DNA of 37,109 nt from Calditrichota bacterium (GTDB lineage: Bacteria; Calditrichota; Calditrichia; RBG-13-44-9): assembly GCA_016934605.1 (NCBI GenBank), contig JAFGSO010000158.1, forward strand, positions 1 to 37,109, written 5' to 3'. Within the stretch, counting starts at the first letter, position 1. Every line of letters begins with the position of its first letter. The notes beneath the pieces are model-generated. The model did no database searches, had not been told where the DNA came from, and saw nothing but the letters and a program-made list of their open reading frames with translations. The translations under genes were made by a program, and so were the position numbers. This document shows, piece by piece, positions 7,961 to 14,852 of this stretch.

Positions 7961-9265
7961 ATGGATAAAAATGCTCTGTTTGAAACCCTGGTCCGCTGGA
8001 ATTACTGGGGAGATAAATTATTGCCAGTGCTGGAGCAACGCAATCTGTTAACCACCATTCTCCGGAATAGTACCGGTCATTTACCGGTGGTTATCAGCGG
8101 TGCACGGCGAAGCGGTAAATCGAGTTTATTGTTATTGCTGATGAAAAATTTACTGGATTCCGGGGTGGACCGGTCACAGTTTCTCTACCTCAATTTTGAA
8201 GAGCCGCAATTTACCACCCATCTCTCACCGCTCTTCCTGGATCAACTTGTCACTATCTACCGGGAAAGAATAAATCCGGATAAAAATATATATTTTTTTC
8301 TGGATGAAATACAAAGCTTACCGGATTGGCAACGCTGGGTGCGACGGGAAGCGGATTTGAAAGAACATCGTATATTCCTCACCGGATCATCCGCCAAACT
8401 GTTGAGTGGGGAAATCGCCACCCTGCTCACCGGAAGGTATCTGGAATACCAGCTTTTTCCGCTGTCTTTTCAGGAAATTTTGAAATGGAACCGCATATCT
8501 TATCAAACAGAGGTTGACTGGACTGTCAATAAAGCCCTGATCCGCAATAAGCTGCTAGAATATCTGGAGTGGGGTGGTTTTCCGGAGACAGTTCTGACCG
8601 GCGATGAAGAAAAGCGAAAGAAATTGCTGCAGCAATACCTGAATGATATCCTGTATAGGGACATCGTCTACCGCTATCAGATTCGCGATGTACGATTACT
8701 GGAAGCAATTGCTTATTTCTATATTACCAATATTTCCGCTCCCCATTCCTATAACCGGATCAGAAATATCTTTGATACCTCCATCGACAATATCCGGCGC
8801 TATTCTGCTTATCTGGAAGAATCGTTTCTGCTGCTGATGCTGAATCGGTTTTCCTTCAAAGTCAGTATCCAGCAAAAAAGCAACCGAAAGGTATACGTTA
8901 TTGATCATGGATTACGAAACCAGTTCGGATTCAGATTTTCTCGGGATCTGGGAAAACTGGCCGAGAACATTGTAGCAGTTGCACTCTACCAGAAAGGAGA
9001 CAATTTATTTTACCATGTCAATGAGGGGGAATGCGATTTTATCGTTCAGAGAGAGCATGATTTTTCTCCCTTTCAGGTGTGCATGGGCAATCTCGAACAG
9101 GAAGATGTGCGCCGCCGTGAGCTGAAGGGATTGCTCGCTGCCATGCAGCACCTCGGTAAAACAGAGGGGACTATTTTAACTGATGATCTGGAAGAGATGT
9201 ATAAAGTTGACCATCGAACGATTCATTTCATCCCGCTCTGGAAATTTTTGATCCGGAATGAATAA
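7961..9265 (+). CDS. AAA-family ATPase of the AAA_14 + DUF4143 type
   Basis: Walker A is VISGARRSGKSS and Walker B-like is IYFFLDEIQ. The overall layout (N-terminal P-loop, middle helical region, C-terminal GECDFIVQRE block) is typical of DUF4143 ATPases. The ORF is open from 7844, but the first 39 codons are hydrophobic and low-complexity. The ATG at 7961 is preceded by GGGA, so I call that start. This is the only long plus-strand gene. Confidence 0.8.
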   Translation: MDKNALFETLVRWNYWGDKLLPVLEQRNLLTTILRNSTGHLPVVISGARRSGKSSLLLLLMKNLLDSGVDRSQFLYLNFEEPQFTTHLSPLFLDQLVTIYRERINPDKNIYFFLDEIQSLPDWQRWVRREADLKEHRIFLTGSSAKLLSGEIATLLTGRYLEYQLFPLSFQEILKWNRISYQTEVDWTVNKALIRNKLLEYLEWGGFPETVLTGDEEKRKKLLQQYLNDILYRDIVYRYQIRDVRLLEAIAYFYITNISAPHSYNRIRNIFDTSIDNIRRYSAYLEESFLLLMLNRFSFKVSIQQKSNRKVYVIDHGLRNQFGFRFSRDLGKLAENIVAVALYQKGDNLFYHVNEGECDFIVQREHDFSPFQVCMGNLEQEDVRRRELKGLLAAMQHLGKTEGTILTDDLEEMYKVDHRTIHFIPLWKFLIRNE

Positions 9266-9340
9266 CCATTTATTGAAAAAACAAGCTCCGTATGATGATC
9301 CCGGAATCATTTCTCACAGGGAAATCGTCTGATGCAGGAA

Positions 9341-9505
9341 GAAAGGCTCAAGGCACAGGGCTAAAGGACAACACAAGAAAAGACAACAAGATAACAAGCC
9401 CGTCTGGCCACCGGACAGGATACAAGATTGCAAGAGTTGCTAAATACTGCCAGATTTTCTTAAAAACCAGATTTTGGCCATTTGCCTTGATCCTTGCGCC
9501 TTGAG
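9341..9505. repeat. Intergenic inverted-arm element A: heptamer arrays flanking the 21-nt core
   Basis: Left arm: gaaaggc tcaaggc acagggc taaagga caacaca agaaaag acaacaa gataaca. Core: cccgtctggccaccggacagg at 9399-9419. Right arm: ccatttg ccttgat ccttgcg ccttgag (9478-9505). The right arm is the approximate reverse complement of ctcaaggcacagggctaaagg in the left arm. Confidence 0.7.
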
Positions 9506-9571
9506 AAATTTTGGATGATTTCATTCCGACAATTCAACATGATGTTGATATTTTTGCCGGAAAGCCTTTAT

Positions 9572-9691
9572 CATAAGAATCATCTTCCGGGTTTCGACAT
9601 ACCCTTCTGCCTCAAGACGATATAGATATACGCCGCTGGCGAGGTTGCTCGCATCCCAATCTACTGCATGTGAACCAGAAAGCAGAGAAGC
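9572..9691 (-). pseudogene. 3' remnant of a T9SS C-terminal sorting domain gene
   Basis: The minus-strand translation SLLSGSHAVDWDASNLASGVYLYRLEAEGYVETRKMILM matches the last ~40 residues of the intact cargo genes. Upstream homology is lost (in-frame stop at 9704-9706). The usual R-stop is disrupted: cttatgataaagg replaces cttatgagataa. Confidence 0.8.
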
Positions 9692-9880
9692 TGAAAGCGG
9701 TTTTTAAGTTAGCAGTTTGCACTAAAAAAGACGCCAAGATCACAAGCCCGTCTGGCCACCGGACAGGATACAAGAAGACAAGAAAATTTTTTTTATATAA
9801 ATTCTTGGTGTCTTGTAATCTTGTATCTTGTTTTCTTGTATTACCAACCGCTTTCTGCTTTCTCCTCTCTGCTTTCTCTG
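9675..9880. repeat. Intergenic inverted-arm element B: heptamer arrays flanking the 21-nt core
   Basis: Left arm: ccagaaagcagagaagctgaaagcgg (9675-9700). Core: cccgtctggccaccggacagg at 9747-9767. Inner arms: acaagaagacaagaa versus tcttggtg tcttgtaa tcttgta tcttgttt tcttgtat (9803-9841). Right arm: gctttct gctttct cctctct gctttct (9850-9877). The left arm overlaps the CTD remnant. Confidence 0.65.
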
Positions 9881-9910
9881 AGTTTAATTACCCAGAATAA
9901 TCAGAAAAGG

Positions 9911-12900
9911 CTAGTCCTGCCGGGCATAGTGCGAAGGTGATTCCCCGAACTGTTCCTGGAAGCAGCGGGAAAAGTAGGAGAGGCTGTTAAAACCCACGTC
10001 GTAAGCGATCTGGGTGACATTCCCGCTCTGTTTTCGGAGCAGGCGAGCGGCCTGTTTCAGGCGGTAAAGGCGGATAAAAGAACTGATAGAATGTCCGGTA
10101 AGAGCCTGCAGCTTGCGATAAATATTCGAGCGACTCATCCCCATCTCCCGGGCACAATCCTCTGCACTGAAATCCATATCAGAAATATTGGCGAGTAACA
10201 CTGATATTAATTTCTGCAAGAATTGGCGGTCCAGACTGGTAACGGCCAGGACATCTGCCAGGCTGTTGGGATCTGTACTGAAACGCTCCTTTAATTTGCA
10301 GCGCTGGTCAATCAAATTTTTTGTTCTTACCTTTAGCTCTTTCATATCAAAAGGCTTGGTGATGTAATCATCCGCCCCGGTTTCCAGGCCCTCCAGCTTG
10401 CTCTCGGCATCGGCCCGGGCGGTCAGCAGAATCACCGGTATATGAGAGGTTCGTTGATCCGTCTTTAATTTCTGACAAAGGGTGTATCCGTCCATCTCCG
10501 GCATCATCACATCACTGATTACGATATCTATCGGTTCTTCAATACTGCGTTCAAACCCGTCCTGGCCATTCACCGCGGTTATGATCCTATATTCATTTTC
10601 AAAATTACAGGCCATGTATTGCCGCATATCGGCATTATCTTCCACGATCAGTAATGTCGGGAGCTTTACTCCGATATCCTGAGTATTGTCTCTTAAATCA
10701 TCTGATATTTCCTGAATCTCATCAACCGGAACCACTTCTTCTGGTATCCGCTCTTCCGGTTCTGCCATTGCCTCAGGGACGATCTCTTCCGGGAGCAGGT
10801 GTTCTTTACCTAATGGTAAAAGAATTTTGAAAGTACTGCCTTTCCCGGGTTCACTCTCTACTTTGATTTCTCCGTGATGTAATTCTACCAGTTCTTTTGC
10901 CAGGGCCAGTCCGATACCGCTGCTTTGCGGATGATTACCGGCTGAGTCATCTGCCTGGTAGAAACGATCAAAGATACGGGGAAGCTGATCCGGGGAGATA
11001 CCGGGGCCGGTGTCTGAGATACTGATTTGAATATATTTTACTGACCCCCCTTTGATTCCCCCCTTATGCATACCTGTCCGGTGGCCAGACGGGAGGGGGG
11101 AAACAGGGGGGTTATATATCGTTACAACAACCTCCCCTCCTTCCGGGGTAAACTTCAGAGCATTGGAAAGCAGATTGTTGATCACCTTTTCCATCATCTC
11201 CGGATCAAGGTAAGCTTCGATATTATTATCAGGTGAAACGAATTGCAGCATTATATTCTTTCTTTCTGCCCAGGACATAAAAGCTAAAACCAGGGGTTTT
11301 AAAAAGGTGCTGATTTCAGTTGACCGGGCTTTCAGTTTCATTTTCCCGGCTTCGATTTTTGAGATGTCCAGCAATTGTTCGATAAGACCCTGCAACCGCT
11401 GGGCACTCCGCTGAATCAGACTTAACTGTTCCTGGGAGCCCCTGTCAGTTGTGTGTGATAACAGTTTATCCAGTGGCCCCTTGATCAAAGTGAGCGGTGT
11501 CCGGAACTCATGGGAGATATTGGCAAAAAATCTGGATTTGACCTGGTCAATTTCCTGTAACTTTTCCGCCCGCAGATGGTCGATTTCCGCCTGGTGTTTT
11601 AGCCGAAGGCGGTTCGTACGTACGCGCCATCCTGTGACAATTACCACGGCAAGAATACCAAAATACAGGATATAAGCCCACGGTGTATTCCACCAGGGGG
11701 TATAAACCACTATTTTCCCGGGCAAAAAATCCATTTTTGCCCCCCAGCCGGGGGAAATCTTTATCCATTTCAGGACCTGGGCCGAAAAATTGCTGGTCAG
11801 CATACGGGAATCGTACTCGCCATCGGCCAGGTATATAGTATGTTGGTGTAAGCTATCACCCTGTAATTTTGATAGTGCCAGGTGCAGGGATTTCAGGGGT
11901 TTCGATTTTTTTTGACCGGAGTTATTATCATCTCCCTCGCTACTCACATACAAATTGGCATGCACCTGTGAGAGTTGAAAATTATCTGAATTTAAAATAA
12001 ATTTGGATTTCGGGAAGGCATGTAAATCCGTAACGGTTTGAACGGTGAAAGTATCCAGCGATAAATTGATATTCGGACCTACAAATGCAAATAAATCATT
12101 ACCTATCTCAATAGAGCGATTTAAATAAATACTGCATTTTTCCTGATCCGAGAAATAAGTCTCGGTACAGTTTTCAAAATAAATGCCGCCGCCCCGCATC
12201 GCTTCATTGTGGTGAATACTTGAATTTGCACAATTTGCTGAAGCAAAATCAAAATAAATTCCACCGCCTGACTGATTTGCTGTGTTTCCTGTGATACGAT
12301 TATTCCTGAGGTCAAGTCGGGAATCCTGGCAATAAATTCCACCACCATTTTCCTCTGATATGTTGTCTAAGATAATTGAGTTAATAAGGGAGGCGTTACT
12401 CACCTCAGCGATAAAAATGCCACCCCCCATCTCCTTTGCTCTGTTTTCAGAGAAATCACAATATGAAATTTCAGTTTGGCATTCCTCCGAAACCGTTATT
12501 CCCCCGCCATATACACCAAAGTTGTTTTTAAAAGTGCTGTTGACTATCGAACCCTCACACTTTTCATTGAAATTTAATCCTCCGCCGATTTTGGCATAAT
12601 TTTCGGAAAAATAAGTATCATGAATCGTTATCTTTGATGAATAAAGAAGATTAATACCCCCACCGGCAAATGCTGAATTGCCGCTGAGCTGACAATTATT
12701 CAGATAACAAATGCTGTAATATTGGACATCAAGTGCACCCCCGGTAAATTTTGAGGCTGCATTATCTTTAAAGGTGCAATTTTCAAAGGTGACATTTGAG
12801 TACCAGATGGAAATACCTCCACCACCATATCGGAGTGCTTTGTTTTTTGTGAAGTCGCTATTCTGAATTATCGCCCGGGATTTTTCACAGATAAAAATGG

Positions 12901-13426
12901 CGCCGCCCGTATGGTGTGTCACATTATTCTGAAATGTACAATGATCAATAAGCAATTTTGTGTTGAAGCAAGCGATAGCGCCACCATATTCCCGAAAATT
13001 AACCAGGACAATTCCCCCCGGCAATGTTTCGACATATTTTATCATCTCTTTTTTGGTACTATCTATACGACCGTGAGCATACTTCATAACTGTGTGAATC
13101 ATTTTACAGTTTGAGTGCGCATTTTCGAAAATAATACCTCCCCAACCGCTTACTTGATCTTTTGCTGAAAAAACAACCGGTTCTGCAGCAGTTCCTTCTG
13201 TAATCAATAATCCTTTAACAAATATCCGGTGATGACCCAGAAATGTAATATTTACGCCAGCTTCAATCAGAAGAGCTGTTCCTTCAGGAATCTCGATATC
13301 GCCGTCAATAAGATAGGGACTACTTGTCTTTGTCCATGTACCACCCACCGTCCCTTCTTGAATAATCCCTGATTTCAGTTGCGAGGTGATACACAGAATG
13401 GAAATGAAAATTAAATAAAATTTCAC
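9911..13426 (-). CDS. Hybrid two-component sensor (HisKA, HATPase_c, REC, AraC HTH) with a parallel beta-helix periplasmic domain
   Basis: 1171-aa ORF. GTG start 10 nt after the LamG gene stop. Signal/TM segment MKFYLIFISILCITSQL. About 550 aa of GGAI/GGGI and FxxN coils. Juxtamembrane PWWNTPWAY plus a TM segment. H-box FANISHEFRTPLT, N-box NLLSNALKFTPEGG, G1 box SDTGPGI. REC domain LLIVEDNADMRQY...DIVISDVMMPEMDG. AraC HTH IAYDVGFNSLSYFSRCFQEQFGESPSHYARQD. Confidence 0.92.
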   Translation of the reverse strand: MKFYLIFISILCITSQLKSGIIQEGTVGGTWTKTSSPYLIDGDIEIPEGTALLIEAGVNITFLGHHRIFVKGLLITEGTAAEPVVFSAKDQVSGWGGIIFENAHSNCKMIHTVMKYAHGRIDSTKKEMIKYVETLPGGIVLVNFREYGGAIACFNTKLLIDHCTFQNNVTHHTGGAIFICEKSRAIIQNSDFTKNKALRYGGGGISIWYSNVTFENCTFKDNAASKFTGGALDVQYYSICYLNNCQLSGNSAFAGGGINLLYSSKITIHDTYFSENYAKIGGGLNFNEKCEGSIVNSTFKNNFGVYGGGITVSEECQTEISYCDFSENRAKEMGGGIFIAEVSNASLINSIILDNISEENGGGIYCQDSRLDLRNNRITGNTANQSGGGIYFDFASANCANSSIHHNEAMRGGGIYFENCTETYFSDQEKCSIYLNRSIEIGNDLFAFVGPNINLSLDTFTVQTVTDLHAFPKSKFILNSDNFQLSQVHANLYVSSEGDDNNSGQKKSKPLKSLHLALSKLQGDSLHQHTIYLADGEYDSRMLTSNFSAQVLKWIKISPGWGAKMDFLPGKIVVYTPWWNTPWAYILYFGILAVVIVTGWRVRTNRLRLKHQAEIDHLRAEKLQEIDQVKSRFFANISHEFRTPLTLIKGPLDKLLSHTTDRGSQEQLSLIQRSAQRLQGLIEQLLDISKIEAGKMKLKARSTEISTFLKPLVLAFMSWAERKNIMLQFVSPDNNIEAYLDPEMMEKVINNLLSNALKFTPEGGEVVVTIYNPPVSPLPSGHRTGMHKGGIKGGSVKYIQISISDTGPGISPDQLPRIFDRFYQADDSAGNHPQSSGIGLALAKELVELHHGEIKVESEPGKGSTFKILLPLGKEHLLPEEIVPEAMAEPEERIPEEVVPVDEIQEISDDLRDNTQDIGVKLPTLLIVEDNADMRQYMACNFENEYRIITAVNGQDGFERSIEEPIDIVISDVMMPEMDGYTLCQKLKTDQRTSHIPVILLTARADAESKLEGLETGADDYITKPFDMKELKVRTKNLIDQRCKLKERFSTDPNSLADVLAVTSLDRQFLQKLISVLLANISDMDFSAEDCAREMGMSRSNIYRKLQALTGHSISSFIRLYRLKQAARLLRKQSGNVTQIAYDVGFNSLSYFSRCFQEQFGESPSHYARQD
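11041..11114 (-). repeat. In-frame 74-nt palindromic element, copy in sensor 1
   Basis: ctgaccccccTTTGATTccccccttatgcataCCTGTCCGGTGGCCAGACGGGaggggggAAACAggggggtta. It encodes NPPVSPLPSGHRTGMHKGGIKGGS between the N-box and the G1 box. It matches 30169-30242 at 71 of 74 positions. Confidence 0.85.
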
Positions 13427-13436
13427 AAATATTCCG

Positions 13437-14150
13437 TTAATTATTGTTGTTATAAAGTCGTTTTATTTCCTCATCATTGAGAACTCTATTATAAATTCGT
13501 ATTTCATCCAGAATCCCATTTTGCAACTCACCGATGTCGATATTTTCCGCAGCCCCCCCTCCAATGAAGATGTCTGTCAGGCCGATTTTATTCCATCGTA
13601 CATTATATACCGCTCTTCGTTCAATCAGAGTGTCGTCTATCCAGAAGCTCAGAAAATGATCATCGGCTGTAAAAAAATATTGATGCCATTCACGAACATA
13701 TTGGGGTTTGTATAATATTCTGATCCAGTAGAATGACCCGGAGATTTCAGTGATTATCGGTTGACCACCGATACTAAATGAAAAATTAAAATCCTGATCG
13801 CTTTTTCCAAAACCGATCCCGATGGTATCTGACCAAAATCCGGCGGAAATCTGCTTTGTTTCCGAAAAATCAAAATCTGAGGAAAAAGGAACACGAATAA
13901 AATCGTCAATCCCATCGAAGTATGCCGCACTCCGAGGATTTTCGAACCGATCCGCTACCCAGCTCACCCCAATCACCATCCCATGATTTCCGTTTCCGCT
14001 GGCATCCCGGGCATTCCCATTAAAGGGATAATAGAGAACCAGCCCGGAGTCGAGGTTAACGCGACTATGATTTTCTAAAGTTCTATGATTTTGAGAAGGG
14101 AGTATATAGTGTAAAAGCAGAAGAAGTATTATTGGTTTGTATTTAGCCAT
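13437..14150 (-). CDS. Secreted LamG / concanavalin-A-like lectin domain protein
   Basis: 237-aa ORF with signal peptide MAKYKPIILLLLLHYILPSQ. LVLYYPFNGNARDASGNGNHG and LDEIRIYNRVLNDEEIKRLY are the characteristic start and end of Laminin_G_3-type domains. The stop is 10 nt before the sensor start, so the two genes are probably co-transcribed. Confidence 0.85.
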   Translation of the reverse strand: MAKYKPIILLLLLHYILPSQNHRTLENHSRVNLDSGLVLYYPFNGNARDASGNGNHGMVIGVSWVADRFENPRSAAYFDGIDDFIRVPFSSDFDFSETKQISAGFWSDTIGIGFGKSDQDFNFSFSIGGQPIITEISGSFYWIRILYKPQYVREWHQYFFTADDHFLSFWIDDTLIERRAVYNVRWNKIGLTDIFIGGGAAENIDIGELQNGILDEIRIYNRVLNDEEIKRLYNNNN

Positions 14151-14256
14151 GGGACCGGTATCCCAAAAATTTGTTCAAATCGATGAAGAACAAATGAATA
14201 AAGGCCAAATTAAAATTCGTATTAATCCCATTTCAAAATAATAAAAATTTCTAAAA

Positions 14257-14285
14257 TTGTCAATGATAAAGAGGTGTGGTATAAT
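14257..14285 (+). promoter_or_regulatory. Sigma-70-like promoter with extended -10
   Basis: TTGTCA (14257-14262), a 17-nt spacer, then TGgTATAAT (TATAAT at 14280-14285). It points into a 700-nt ORF-free spacer. Confidence 0.4.
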
Positions 14286-14597
14286 TTTTTCTCATATCGC
14301 TCTTCATTCTCATCTCAGCCCAATTTAATTTACCCAGGTATCTGCAAGTGGGCATATCCTATGCCTATTATTCAATTGTATCGCGTTGAGTGGAAGGCAG
14401 TAAGGTGACGTTAAATTACCTTCATGGAGTACTGGATTCAAATTGTCAGATGTTCAGGTATCTCTAAGCCGAAGCCAGATTTTTTTGGAAAGTTCCAGTT
14501 TGCTTCTATCACCAGATTTACCTAAACATCATCATTCAGCCGATCTCCCCTCATAAATCCACCTCATTTCAAATAGTTTAGCCGGCTGAATCCGAAT

Positions 14598-14625
14598 CCT
14601 GCCACCTTAGGCGGGGTTTTTGTTC
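14598..14625 (+). terminator. Candidate intrinsic terminator on the plus strand
   Basis: cctgcc acctta ggcggg followed by gtttttg. A short stem including one G-U pair, then a T5 run. Confidence 0.35.
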
Positions 14626-14810
14626 TATATGCTCTCAGAGCATCCTAAGCTGTGAATCCATTATTTTTAGTTGATTTTTTCATAAAATGCCACTAATCTT
14701 TTCTCAGCTATTTGATCTAATCATTAACTCTTTGCCCACATGCCTATAACCTTGCTGTATTCTGTAAGTGACGTGGCGGAGCTGTTGAGAGGAGACAGAA
14801 TGATTTGATT

Positions 14811-14841
14811 TGTATAAAGCCGGCCCTCATTCGAGCCGGCT
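14811..14841 (-). terminator. Candidate intrinsic terminator after cargo gene 14853-16697
   Basis: The minus strand reads agccggc tcgaatgagg gccggct followed by ttatacaaa. It starts 12 nt after the stop codon. Confidence 0.5.
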
Positions 14842-14852
14842 CTCCGGATGAG

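Noticed and set aside
7878-9272. Short direct repeat taaccatt near both ends of the ATPase gene (7879-7886 and 9263-9270), considered as possible target-site duplication or att-like sites.
   Set aside because: Only 8 nt match exactly, in AT-rich sequence, and one copy overlaps the stop codon region. This is too short to distinguish from chance.
9341-9880. Possible CRISPR array, suggested by the many short repeats in 9341-9880 and 24216-24360.
   Set aside because: The repeat units are 7-8 nt, contiguous and degenerate, with no 25-40-nt repeats separated by unique spacers. No cas genes are present.
14580-14625. tRNA-like or tmRNA-like 3' end (gccggctgaatccgaatcctgccacc) and ctggattcaaattg near 14433.
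   Set aside because: No T-arm stem flanks the tccgaat loop. There is no acceptor-stem partner, no GGGG 5' end and no tag ORF. The resemblance is limited to a few nucleotides.
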